Below are positions 9,384 to 19,935 of a DNA stretch of 64,000 nt, one piece after another. The stretch lies in the IMG/VR virus record IMGVR_UViG_3300036769_000253. One strand, written 5' to 3'. A program made the position numbers and the translations under genes. The number at the start of each line of letters is the position of its first letter. Position 1 is the stretch's first letter. This DNA is from a virus. Its lineage: Duplodnaviria; Heunggongvirae; Uroviricota; Caudoviricetes. The notes below the pieces were generated by a model. The model searched no databases and was not told the DNA's origin. It was given only the letters and a program-made list of their open reading frames with translations.

Positions 9384-9911
9384 ATGAGACATGAAGTGAA
9401 AATTCCAGAGTCATATAGAGAGATATTAACTAAAGATGTGAGGTTATTTAAAGATATTCCAAGAGATATTAAAATTGTTCAACATGCTTATGAGCACAGA
9501 GGAGATGAAAAGTATTGGAATTATACTTCATATGATATTTATTTAAGAAATGAGTTAGTGCTTTCTTTTAATAGAAATTATTCTACTTGTCCACCTTTTG
9601 AATATGCAAAAATTAATAATAAAGAATATCTTATTACTTCTGGAGATTATCAATGTATTACAGTCTTAGATTTAACAGAACGAAAAATTTATGATTTTAC
9701 TAATGAGGAAAGGTATAAATTTGGATGCGGTTTTTGTCCAATAGATATTACATATGATGGAGATGATAAAACCCTCTTTGTTGAAGGATGCATTTGGGGC
9801 TGTCCATATGAAACAATAATTTTTAGAGATGTTAATCTTTTAGATATTGATTTTTCAACTGCTGAATATGAAGATGATGAGGATGAATACTGTGACTATG
9901 AGGAGAAGTAA
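9384..9911 (+). CDS. Hypothetical protein, acidic C-terminus
   Basis: RBS GGAGG; 175 aa; tightly packed with neighbours. Confidence 0.7.
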   Translation: MRHEVKIPESYREILTKDVRLFKDIPRDIKIVQHAYEHRGDEKYWNYTSYDIYLRNELVLSFNRNYSTCPPFEYAKINNKEYLITSGDYQCITVLDLTERKIYDFTNEERYKFGCGFCPIDITYDGDDKTLFVEGCIWGCPYETIIFRDVNLLDIDFSTAEYEDDEDEYCDYEEK

Positions 9912-9913
9912 AA

Positions 9914-11098
9914 ATGACTCTTACTGAAAAACAATTAGAAGGACTTAAAATTGCAATAACTAGATATAGAGATCGTGATAAATATACTGTAATATCAGGA
10001 TATGCAGGAACAGGGAAGTCAACATTAGTACGTTTCATTATTGACTTTCTTGATGTAGATCCAGAAGATGTTGCATATGCGTGTTATACAGGGAAGGCTG
10101 CTGAGGTATTAAGAAAAAAAGGTAATAAAAATGCTATGACATTACATAAATTACTATATGATAGTTTTCCGCGTCCAGGTGGAGGATTTTTTCGTAAACC
10201 TAAAAAGTATTTAGATTATGAGATTGTTGTAGTAGATGAAATTTCTATGGCGCCTAAATCTATGATAGAAATGCTTTTAACGCATGATGTATATTGCATT
10301 TTCCTTGGAGATCCATTTCAGCTTCCTCAGATTGATAAAAATGAAGCACATGATTTCTTAGATCATCCACATATTTTTTTAGATGAAGTAATGCGGCAAG
10401 CAACAGAATCAGAGATTATTCAATTAACTATGAAAATTCGCAATGGAGAGGAACTTAAATATTCATCTGGACATGAGGCAATGGTTATTCCTAAAAAAGA
10501 TTTAGTTACTGGTCATATGCTTTGGGCAGATCAAATTATTTGTGCCACAAACGCAACAAGATTATCTTTAAATAAACAAATGAGAGATTTGCTTGGTTAT
10601 AGCGGACTTCCACAAGACGGCGAAAAAATGATCTGTTTAAGAAACTATTGGGAAGATTTTTCAGAGGATGGAAACGCGGTATTAGTGAATGGTACAACTG
10701 GAATTTTACGAAATCCTTTTAAAACGTATATTATGGCTCCAAGATATATCAAAATGAGAAATCATCAGATGGATGTTATTTGCGGAGATTTTATATCTGA
10801 TGAAAATAAAGTATTTAATTCAATAGATATGGATAGAGCAATGATTGAAACTGGTGAACCTTGTTTAGATTGCCGGGAATCTTATGCTCTTGGAAAATTA
10901 AAAAACAAAATTGGAGATATTGTACCTAGACAATTTACGTATGGGTATGCCATAACTGGACATAAATCACAGGGCGGCGAATTTGATAAGGTTCTGGTTA
11001 TAGAAGAAAATTTTCCATTCAATAAGATCGAACACGCTCGATGGTTATATACTTGTTGCACAAGGGCTTCGGAAAAACTTGTATTAGTTAGGGGTTAA
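9914..11098 (+). CDS. RecD/Dda-like SF1B helicase
   Basis: GYAGTGKST, VVDEISM, LGDPFQL and YAITGHKSQGGEFD motifs; YT..TRA at the C-terminus. Confidence 0.9.
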   Translation: MTLTEKQLEGLKIAITRYRDRDKYTVISGYAGTGKSTLVRFIIDFLDVDPEDVAYACYTGKAAEVLRKKGNKNAMTLHKLLYDSFPRPGGGFFRKPKKYLDYEIVVVDEISMAPKSMIEMLLTHDVYCIFLGDPFQLPQIDKNEAHDFLDHPHIFLDEVMRQATESEIIQLTMKIRNGEELKYSSGHEAMVIPKKDLVTGHMLWADQIICATNATRLSLNKQMRDLLGYSGLPQDGEKMICLRNYWEDFSEDGNAVLVNGTTGILRNPFKTYIMAPRYIKMRNHQMDVICGDFISDENKVFNSIDMDRAMIETGEPCLDCRESYALGKLKNKIGDIVPRQFTYGYAITGHKSQGGEFDKVLVIEENFPFNKIEHARWLYTCCTRASEKLVLVRG

Positions 11099-11099
11099 T

Positions 11100-12266
11100 A
11101 TGAAAAATACTTATGTAAAAACGATAGAAGAAGCATATATTCTTTGGAGAAAAAGAGATGTAGGAAAAGCACAAGATTTTACTAATCAAAAAATTAACAA
11201 ATGGACTATTTTATATAGAACAACAGATCCAAGAAGACCAATGTGGATAGGACAATGCGAATGTGGAAATATTGGTAAATTAAGAGCTGGGTCATGGTCT
11301 CAGCAATGTGAAGAATGTCAACATAAACAAATGCAAAAAGATTATACAGGAATGCGTTTCCATAAATTAATTGTTTTAAATGAAAGAAAGCGGAAAAATG
11401 GAAAAACTTATTTAAAATGTAAATGTGATTGTGGGAATGAGACTTGGGTTTCAAATGGAAATTTAACATCAGGAGAAGTTAAATCTTGTGGGTGTTTATC
11501 TCATCAATGTAATCAAGAATTAGAGGATTTAACTGGAAAAATATACAATGATTTAACTGTATTGAATTTAGCTTTTAAAAAAGATGGACATAGATATTGG
11601 CATTGTAAATGTAAATGTGGAAATGAAAAAGACATTAAAACATCAGATTTAACTACAAATAAAGTAAAAAGTTGTGGATGTAGAAAATATCTGCAAATTA
11701 GTCCAGGAGATAAGTTTGGAAAATTAACAGTTATTTCTAAGTTAGACAATAAATATAGTAGTGGAGGATTTCTATATAAATGCAAATGTGAATGCGGAAC
11801 ACAGTCTCATATAGTCGTTGGTTCAAGATTAGTAAATGGAAGTATAAAGAGTTGTGGTTGTGGAAGAAGAATTTCGTATGAAGAAGAAAATATTGCCAAT
11901 TTATTAGAACAATTAAATTTACCTTTTATTAGACAATATAAAGATTTAAGGCTAAATGAACTATATCCCACTCATGGGCGCCCAATGGAATATGATTTTT
12001 ATGTAGATGAAATGTATATAATAGAATATGATGGTTCTCAACATTTTTACTATAAAGGAACTGGATGGGATACAAAAGAACATTTTGAAAGAGTTAGAAA
12101 AAATGATTTGATAAAAAATCAATATTGCTTTAATAATAATATTCCTATTATTCGTATTCCATATGATGCAGATTATACAATAGAAGATTTAAAACTTGAA
12201 ACAACAAGATTTTTATTAACAAAGGATAATGAAAAAAATTATTATAACTCAAGAATAAAAGAATAA
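11100..12266 (+). CDS. Free-standing putative homing endonuclease (Cys-rich repeats plus Vsr/EDxHD-like nuclease domain)
   Basis: Four repeats with CxCxCG...SCGC character, followed by YDFY...IIEYDGSQHF...DxxKNxYC...IRIPY. Confidence 0.75.
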   Translation: MKNTYVKTIEEAYILWRKRDVGKAQDFTNQKINKWTILYRTTDPRRPMWIGQCECGNIGKLRAGSWSQQCEECQHKQMQKDYTGMRFHKLIVLNERKRKNGKTYLKCKCDCGNETWVSNGNLTSGEVKSCGCLSHQCNQELEDLTGKIYNDLTVLNLAFKKDGHRYWHCKCKCGNEKDIKTSDLTTNKVKSCGCRKYLQISPGDKFGKLTVISKLDNKYSSGGFLYKCKCECGTQSHIVVGSRLVNGSIKSCGCGRRISYEEENIANLLEQLNLPFIRQYKDLRLNELYPTHGRPMEYDFYVDEMYIIEYDGSQHFYYKGTGWDTKEHFERVRKNDLIKNQYCFNNNIPIIRIPYDADYTIEDLKLETTRFLLTKDNEKNYYNSRIKE

Positions 12267-12280
12267 AAGGAGAGTATAAT

Positions 12281-13129
12281 ATGGCGTTAGATCTTTGGAA
12301 TCCAATTCATGGCTGTAAAGGAAAAAGTGAAGGTTGTGAACATTGTTATGCAAAAACGATAGATGATAGATATAAAAGAGATTTCTTTGAATGTAAAAAA
12401 TTAACTAGTCAATTTAATTATCCTGTTAAAAAAGATAGACAGGGTAATTATAAAGTGCCTTCTGGAATATGTCTACGAGTATGTATGAATTCAGATTTTT
12501 TCTTTGAAGGATTAGATCAGTTTAGAAATGAATGCTGGGATATAATGTCAAGGCGTCCAGACGTTTTATTCTATTTACTTACTAAAAGGCCAGAACGAGT
12601 TATAGAATGTTTGCCTTCTTGGTGGAATGAGAGACCATTAAATAATGTAATAATGAATGTAACTTGTGAGAACCAGAAAAGAGCTGATGAAAGAATTCCA
12701 ATATTACGAGAACTGCCTTTTCAATTTAAAGGAATTATGTGTGCTCCTTTATTAAGTGAAATTCATATTGAAGATTATCTGGCAGAAGGGTTTATTATGA
12801 ATGTAAATTGCGGCGGCGAAAATTATGGGGGCGCAAGACCTTGTCATTACGAGTGGGTTGCTAGTCTTAGCGAGCAATGTGCGGCTGCGCGCACTAAATT
12901 TACTTTTATAGAAACTGGAAATAATTTTCTTAAAAATGGAATTAAAGTAAATACTGGATCAAGTAAAACCCAACAGGGTATTTATGCTAGATCTCTTGGA
13001 TTAAATATATTAGAAGACGGCGCTTTATATACTCCGATCTTTAAACCTCGATATGGTGATTTATGTAATAAATGTGGAAGTCAACCAATTTGCATGGGTC
13101 TTGAGCCTGGAAAAACAGACTGCTATTAA
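12281..13129 (+). CDS. Radical-SAM-like DUF5131 (phage Gp37/Gp68 family) protein
   Basis: WNPIHGC..SEGCEHCYA, LLTKRP, VTCENQ and GGE motifs; extra C-terminal Cys cluster. Confidence 0.8.
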   Translation: MALDLWNPIHGCKGKSEGCEHCYAKTIDDRYKRDFFECKKLTSQFNYPVKKDRQGNYKVPSGICLRVCMNSDFFFEGLDQFRNECWDIMSRRPDVLFYLLTKRPERVIECLPSWWNERPLNNVIMNVTCENQKRADERIPILRELPFQFKGIMCAPLLSEIHIEDYLAEGFIMNVNCGGENYGGARPCHYEWVASLSEQCAAARTKFTFIETGNNFLKNGIKVNTGSSKTQQGIYARSLGLNILEDGALYTPIFKPRYGDLCNKCGSQPICMGLEPGKTDCY

Positions 13130-13140
13130 AGGAGAATATT

Positions 13141-13770
13141 ATGAAAGTTGTTAGTATTGATTTTGATATTATCATGTCACCATCTATCGAATTTTATAAT
13201 GATTTACTACATGATGAAGATAGCATAGATACTTATCTTAATAAATTTCCTTTTATATCTGGTATTAAAGCAGATTTATATCAGTATGATTGTTTGACTC
13301 AATATCTTTGCCAGATGTTTAAAAAACTAGACAAGGATAAAATTATTTTTATTACATCTCACGAAGAGCTAGTTACGATAACTAAAGATTTTGAGCCGTT
13401 TGATTTAATAAATATAGATCATCATCATGATATTGGATATGAAGGAGAACGATGGAAAGCTCCTAAATACACTAAACCTGATTGCGGTAATTGGGTAAAA
13501 TATTTATGGGATAATAAAAAGATTAATTCATACACATGGATTCGCAATAAAGACTCTAATCCATTAGATGAAGATGCTAATCCAGCCTATATTACAAGAG
13601 ATATTTTATTTGATGATTTTGATTTTCCACTATTGGAAGATGCGGATTATGTAATTCTTTGTAAATCTTTTGAGTGGGTTCCCTTCGATTATCAAATTTT
13701 ATATTATACTTGGGCGAATATTTATGATTCTTTTTATTCTCTTAAAGAAGATTTAATTGATAAATTATAA
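13141..13770 (+). CDS. UPF0489-like putative metallohydrolase
   Basis: SIDFD, NIDHHHD and DCGNW motifs. Confidence 0.55.
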   Translation: MKVVSIDFDIIMSPSIEFYNDLLHDEDSIDTYLNKFPFISGIKADLYQYDCLTQYLCQMFKKLDKDKIIFITSHEELVTITKDFEPFDLINIDHHHDIGYEGERWKAPKYTKPDCGNWVKYLWDNKKINSYTWIRNKDSNPLDEDANPAYITRDILFDDFDFPLLEDADYVILCKSFEWVPFDYQILYYTWANIYDSFYSLKEDLIDKL

Positions 13771-13785
13771 TAAAAATGATATAAT
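13757..13785 (+). promoter_or_regulatory. Sigma-A-type promoter for dnaE
   Basis: TTGATA, 17-bp spacer, TG-n-TATAAT (-10 at 13780-13785). Confidence 0.75.
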
Positions 13786-13819
13786 ATATGTAGAAAATAA
13801 AATATGAAAGGAAATATTA

Positions 13820-15163
13820 ATGAGAAGAAGTTATTTTAATTGTCATTCACATACAATGTATTCTAACATTAGACTTCTTGATTGCATTAATAGACCAGAA
13901 GCCCTAATTGATAAAGCGATTGAATTAGGGCTTTCTGGCATTGCAATTACAGATCATGAATGTTTATCTGCTCATGTTTCCGCTCTGCAACATCTTGAAA
14001 AAATTCAAAACAAAGATTTTAAAGTTGCTTTAGGAAATGAAATCTATCTTGTTGATGAAAGACAAAATGGTCAGAAATATTATCATTTCATTCTTATTGC
14101 AAAAGATGAAATTGGATATAGAGCTTTAAAAGAATTAAGCTCTACAGCTTGGTATTATTCTTACTCTGATAGAGGAATGGAAAGAGTTCCAACTACAAAA
14201 GATGAATTAAGTGATATTATCCAGCAGTATAAAGGTCATGTCATAGCAACCACAGCTTGTATTGGCGGTGAGTTATCAAGCAATACATTATTAGCTGAGG
14301 AATCTAAAAAAGTTAATGATATTAATTCTTATAATTTCTATATGGATAAAGTTCAAGATTTTATTTTATATTGCTTGAACTTATTTGGTGATGATTTTTA
14401 TATTGAGTGCGCGCCTTCAACTGCTGAAGATCAGATGACCGTCAATATGAAATTATACCAAATTGCCCAAATGTTTGGAATTAAAATGGTTGTTGGTACT
14501 GATGCTCATTATCTTACAAAAGAAGATCGAGCTGTACATAAAGGTTATCTTAATTCTAAAAATGGAGAGCGTGAAATTGATTCTTTTTATGAATTTGCAC
14601 ATTTAATGGATTCAGAAGAAATTGAAGAATTATTATCCCCTTGTTTTCCATATGGTTTTGTAGATAAAATTTTAGATAATACTCTTGAAATGCAAGATAA
14701 AATTGAACAGTATTCTCTTTTTCATAAGCAGGATATTCCAAGAGTAGAAGTTAAAAAATATCCTAAAAATATTCCATGGAGTATTGATAGCGAGTCTTGT
14801 CCAAACTTAACTCGATTGGCGCACTCTGATGATGACCAAGATAGATATTGGGTAAATCAGTGTCTTGAATCTTTGGAAGAAAAAAATCTAATTACAGATA
14901 ATAGATATATCACAGAACTTGAAGAAGAAGCTAGAGTTAAAACTGTAATTAGTGAAAAACTTGAAACGAATATGTTTCGTTATCCGAATACTTTACAACA
15001 TTATATTGATATGATTTGGGATTGTGGTTCGATGGTTGGCGCAGGTCGTGGTTCTTCATGTGCCGCATTAAATCATTATCTTATGGGTATTACTCAGCTT
15101 GATCCTATTGAATGGGATCTTCCGTTCTTTCGTTATCTTAATGATGAGAGAGTCGAACTCGGT
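13820..15163 (+). CDS. dnaE: DNA polymerase III alpha (DnaE-type), exon 1
   Basis: PHP motifs HSHT.YS..D, AITDH, GTDAHY; GAGRGSS; ends ERVELG immediately before the catalytic DID. Confidence 0.92.
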
Positions 15164-15500
15164 AGTCTAATATTGATATTGCCGAGTTGTAAATAAAGAA
15201 TGTGAACCTTGCTAAAGGGTGTGTAATTAAAAAAAAATTATGCTAACGGTATCAGCAAAATAAGGTTTATCAAAAAAAATATAAACACGAATCAGCTGAC
15301 TAAGAGAACGAGTGGCCTGAAATATGGTTGGACTTTGCAATACCGTGCTTTAATAAAATTTATTGGAGTGTAGAGACTAAATAAAACTTTTTATAAAAGT
15401 TTTGAGAGGGATGGAGATGCACTGTCCCGTAGCGCATTCTAGCAATAATCGAAGTAATAACTCTCAGTAGATTATTGTGAAAGAGATAGTCCAATAAAAG
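15164..15500 (+). ncRNA. ORF-less group I intron (337 nt) in dnaE
   Basis: 8-bp P1 AACUCGGU/GCCGAGUU with U-G; long P10; P7 GACUA(15375-15379)/UAGUC(15487-15491); terminal G at 15500. Splicing gives ELG|DIDID in frame. Confidence 0.9.
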
Positions 15501-16693
15501 GATATTGATATTGATATATGTCCATCTAAGAGACCTTTAATTCTTCAAAGAATTAGAGAAGAAAGAAGCGCAATGCTTAAAGAAGGAATTGCGGAATGGG
15601 CAAAGAAAGCACTTGGTTGTACTCTTATTGCAACTTTTGGAACAGAAGGAACTAAATCTGCTGTATTAACCGCTTGTCGTGGATATAGATCTGAGGATTA
15701 TCCAGAAGGAATTGATATTGATGAAGCTCAGTATATGTCATCTTTAATTCCAGAAGAGCGTGGATTTTTATGGCCAATTAAAGATGTTGTTAATGGTAAT
15801 CCAGAAAAAAATAGAAGACCAATTTCTGTATTTGTGCGTGAAGTAAATAATTATCCAGGTTTATTGGATATTATTATGTCTATTGAAGGTCTTGTAAATA
15901 AGCGTTCTTCTCATGCTTCTGGAGTTATTCTTTTTGATGGTGACCCATTTGAGCATAGCGCCTTTATGAAAACTCCAAAAGGAGAGGTTATTACTCAGTT
16001 TGATCTTCATAATGCTGAGTATATGGGCTTAACAAAATATGATTTTCTTGTAACTGAGGTTCAGGATAAATTAGTTCAAACAATTCAATTACTTCAGGCT
16101 GATAATTTAATTGATCCAGAGTTAAAATTACGTGAAGTATATGATAAGTATTTTCATCCAAATGTTCTTCCTCTACAGGATCAAAAAATTTGGGATGCTC
16201 TTAGTAATGTATCTGTAATTAATACATTTCAGTTTGATTCACAGGTTGGAGCCCAAGCAGCGAAAATGATTAAACCGCAGAATGTGCTTGAAATGGCAGA
16301 TGCGAATGGTCTTATGCGACTCACTGGAGAAGAAGGTGAGGAACGCCCAATGGTAAAATACTGTAAGTATAAGAAAGATATTAGCTTATGGTATAAAGAA
16401 ATGGATAATTTTGGTCTAACAAAAGAAGAGCAAAAAACTATTGAACCTTATTTTAAACAATCATATGGAGTTCCACCAAGCCAGGAGCAATTAATGAGAA
16501 TGTTAATGGATAAAGATATTTGCGGTTTTTCTCTTGGTGAAGCAAATGCGGCTCGTAAAATTGTTGGTAAGAAGCAGATGTCAAAGATTCCAGAATTGAA
16601 AGCAAAAGTTTTATCTAAGGCGACTTCCAAAAAATTGGGAGAATATATCTGGAAATATGGTGCAGGTCCACAGATGGGTTATTCATTCAGCGT
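15501..16693 (+). CDS. dnaE: DNA polymerase III alpha, exon 2
   Basis: Begins with catalytic DIDID; SSHASGV, TQFD, KYDFL and SYGVPPSQEQLM motifs; ends GYSFS-GT. Confidence 0.9.
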
Positions 16694-17907
16694 TGTGTAA
16701 ATGGCGCTTACACACTTAACCGATTCATCATCGGGGTAATTAATTGAAAATTGATTCTGGTAAAATCAATGATTAATTGCTAACGAGGGTAAAATCTCGT
16801 GACAAATCAGTTTAAAAGAGGTATTAAAATTTTCAAATATCCACAGAGAGGAGGGAGAAATATGTATTATATTTATAAATATACCAATAAGATAAATGGA
16901 AAGATTTATATTGGACAAACAAATGATTTGCAAAAAAGATTTAATGGGCATAAAAGTGAAGCTTTTAATATTAAAAGTAATGGATATTATTTACCTTTTC
17001 ATTGCGCAATTAGGAAATATGGAATGAATAATTTTTCATATGAAGTTTTAGAAGAAATTGCAGATGGAGAATCAAAAGATTTTATAAATGATAGAGAAAT
17101 TTATTTTATTGAACATTTTCACTCTTTAACTACTGAAAATGGATATAACTTAACTAAAGGTGGAGATGGATGTTCAAAACCTCCATTAACTTATTTAGAA
17201 AAATTGCAACGTTCTAAATTATTTACAGGAGAAGAGATTAAAGATATTCAGAGGAGATTAATAAATGATGAAGAATATGATGATATCGAAAAAATTTATT
17301 CTCCAAAATTAAAAAGAACTTTTTTAGTTAATATTAATACAGGAGCTAATTTTTATAATCCTGATTTTAATTATCCATTAAAGAAAAATGCTAAAAGCAG
17401 ATTTTCTCAAAAAGAGATTAGAGAAATTAAAAATAGAATTAAATCAGGGGAAAAATATTCTAGTATACAAAAAGATTTTAATATTAAAAGCGCTGGTTTT
17501 TTATCAATGATAAATACTGGAAAATATTTTTATAGTGAAGAAGATACTTATCCACTTTGTAATAAAGGAAGTAGAAAGGAAAATAATCAAATTTGGGTAA
17601 ATGGAATTATAAAAGATATTTTAGAAACTGATTTATCTCTTAATAAAATTGCTATAAAATGGAATAAAAGTTATTCAACTGTAAAAAATATTAATGCAGG
17701 ACGAGCGCATAAAAAAGAAAATCTTTCTTATCCTTTAAGAAAATAAAAAATAAACCTTTTAAACTTGAAATGTTGTATCGACTATCCTGGATTAGACCGG
17801 GAGTACTGGAACTATTGATACGTTCTGGGAAATAGTGTGCAGTCAAGAAGCCTTACCAACTTCACTACTACGACTGTAAAAAATAGTCAGTTATTTTTAT
17901 AATAATG
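16694..17907 (+). mobile_element. Group I intron (1214 nt) carrying a GIY-YIG endonuclease, in dnaE
   Basis: P1 AGCGU/GCGCU; P10 CAU/AUG; P7 GACUA(17780-17784)/UAGUC(17884-17888); terminal G at 17907. Splicing restores GYSFSVIHALAYS. Confidence 0.88.
16862..17746 (+). CDS. Intron-encoded GIY-YIG homing endonuclease
   Basis: YIYKYTN..NGKIYIGQT..LQKRF..H, E..FI and GYN motifs; ATG at 16862 follows GGAGG; three HTH-like C-terminal repeats. Confidence 0.9.
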   Translation: MYYIYKYTNKINGKIYIGQTNDLQKRFNGHKSEAFNIKSNGYYLPFHCAIRKYGMNNFSYEVLEEIADGESKDFINDREIYFIEHFHSLTTENGYNLTKGGDGCSKPPLTYLEKLQRSKLFTGEEIKDIQRRLINDEEYDDIEKIYSPKLKRTFLVNINTGANFYNPDFNYPLKKNAKSRFSQKEIREIKNRIKSGEKYSSIQKDFNIKSAGFLSMINTGKYFYSEEDTYPLCNKGSRKENNQIWVNGIIKDILETDLSLNKIAIKWNKSYSTVKNINAGRAHKKENLSYPLRK

Positions 17908-19267
17908 CATACACGCATTAGCTTATTCTTTCATCGGTGTTCAGACATTATTTATTGCAACTAACTGGGATCCTATTTATTGGAACACAGCTTGTTTGAT
18001 TGTAAATAGTGGCGCAACTGATCCAGAAAATGCAGGACAAACTGATTATGGTAAAATTGCAAAAGCTATGGGTGAAATTATTAATGCTGGTATTAATCTT
18101 AGTTTAGTAAATATTAATCATTCAGATTTTGGATTTAAGCCAGATGCAGAAAATCATAGGATTCTTTATGGCATGAAAGCTATGTTGAATGTTGGTGATG
18201 ATATAATTGAAGCGACAATTAAGAATAGACCTTATGTTTCTCCTAGAGACTTTTTAAATAAAGTTCATCCCGGAAAGCAAGCAATGATTTCGCTTATTAA
18301 AGGTGGAGCTTTTGATGATATGATGGATCGTCGTCAGTGTATGGGATGGTATATCTGGGAAACATGTGATAAGAAAAAGAGACTTACATTGCAGAATCTT
18401 CCTGGTTTGATTCGACATAATCTTCTTCCAGAAGATACAGATGAAAGAGTTATGGCAAGAAGAATCTATGAATTTAATAGATACTTAAAAGCAATGTGTA
18501 GACCAAATAAAGCTATGACATATTATACACTTGACGATAGAGCCTTTAATTTCTTATCTGAAATAGAAATGAATGACTTAATTACATGTGATGGATTAGG
18601 ATATTATCTTGATGTAAAAGCATGGGATAAATATTATCAGAGTTGGATGGACGTCTTTAGAGTTTGGATTGCCGCAGATAAAGAAGCCATTTTAAATGAG
18701 CTTAATTCTAAAATCTTTATGGATGATTGGCAAAAATATGCCAAAGGAACAATATCTGCATGGGAAATGGAAGCATTATGTTTTTATTATCACGAGCATG
18801 AATTAGCGCATGTAAATAATACTTTATATGGTTTTAGTGATTTCTTTAAGCTTCCAGAAAATCCAGTAGTTGAAAGAACTTTCACCAAAGGTGGAAAGAC
18901 AATTAACATCTTTAAATTAAATAAGATTTGCGGCACATGTATTGCTAAGAATAAAGCAAAGAGTACAGTTACCTTATTAACCACTTCTGGAGTTGTAAAT
19001 GTTAAGTTTAGAAAAGAATATTTTGCTTTATTTGATAAACAAATTTCAATTAAAGGCGATGATGGAGTAAAACATGTGGTTGAAAAATCTTGGTTTAATA
19101 GAGGTAATATGATTGTAGTAATGGGTATTCGCTCTGGAGATGATTTTATTTCTAAGAAATATGCATCTTCTGGTGGTCATCAGTTATACAAAATTGATGA
19201 AATATATGAAGATGGAAGAATCCGATTAAGAGATCATAGATATCAAGGTGATTTGGAAGAGGAGTAA
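17908..19267 (+). CDS. dnaE: DNA polymerase III alpha, exon 3
   Basis: IHALAYS, GMKAMLNVG (HhH), LIKGGAFD and an OB-fold-like C-terminus; the three exons total 3897 nt (1298 aa plus stop). Confidence 0.9.
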
Positions 19268-19289
19268 TCCTCTTCCAAAAGGAGGTATA

Positions 19290-19847
19290 ATGTATAAGAT
19301 TATTGCAATAATTGGCAAAGCGGGGTCTGGTAAAGATACAATTTTGCAAAAGGTATTAGAGAAAGATTGTACTTTGCATGAGATTGTTAGCTGTACTACA
19401 AGACCACCAAGAGAAGGTGAGATAGATGGTATTAATTATTTCTTTTTAGACCCAGAAACTTTTGGAGACAAGGTTCTAAAAGGAGAAATGTTAGAAGCAA
19501 CATGTTTTAATGATTGGTTTTATGGAACAGGTTTTGAATCATTAAGATCAGATATTTGGAATATTGGAGTTTTTAATCCAGCTGGAATAGAGTCTTTATT
19601 ACATAATAAAAATGTTGATGTGCATGTATTTTATGTGCAAGCCTCAGATAAGACGAGACTCTTACGCCAACTCAATAGAGAATCTGATCCAGATGTTAAT
19701 GAAATAATTAGACGTTTTAGAGCTGATATGCTTGACTTTGATGGGGAAGAATTGGATTTTAAATATGAAGATATTATAAATGAAACTGAATCTGATTTAA
19801 GTTTAGGAATTAAAAAGATTCTTGAACTTGCCCATGAGACCGCATAA
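19290..19847 (+). CDS. gmk: Guanylate kinase-like nucleotide kinase
   Basis: GKAGSGKDT, SCTTRPPREGEIDGINYFF and WFYGT motifs; ATG at 19290 after AAGGAGG. Confidence 0.85.
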   Translation: MYKIIAIIGKAGSGKDTILQKVLEKDCTLHEIVSCTTRPPREGEIDGINYFFLDPETFGDKVLKGEMLEATCFNDWFYGTGFESLRSDIWNIGVFNPAGIESLLHNKNVDVHVFYVQASDKTRLLRQLNRESDPDVNEIIRRFRADMLDFDGEELDFKYEDIINETESDLSLGIKKILELAHETA

Positions 19848-19878
19848 AGGACAAAATAAGATAATAAAATAATAACAA

Positions 19879-19925
19879 ACTCTAAATATAGTGTAGGCCC
19901 CTATGGACTATACTATATTTAGACG
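19879..19925 (+). promoter_or_regulatory. Tandem NrdR-box-like operators upstream of nrdD
   Basis: ACTCTAAATATAGTGT (19879-19894) and ATACTATATTTAGACG (19910-19925) match the NrdR consensus acaCwAtATaTwGtgt at 14/16 and 11/16, with a 31-bp start-to-start spacing. Confidence 0.65.
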
Positions 19926-19935
19926 GAGGGATTAA

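Noticed and set aside
15573-19267. ORFs at 15573 and 17996 as separate genes
   Set aside because: Both frames are open upstream to the intron 3' ends (15501, 17908) and contain conserved DnaE motifs there; they are exons.
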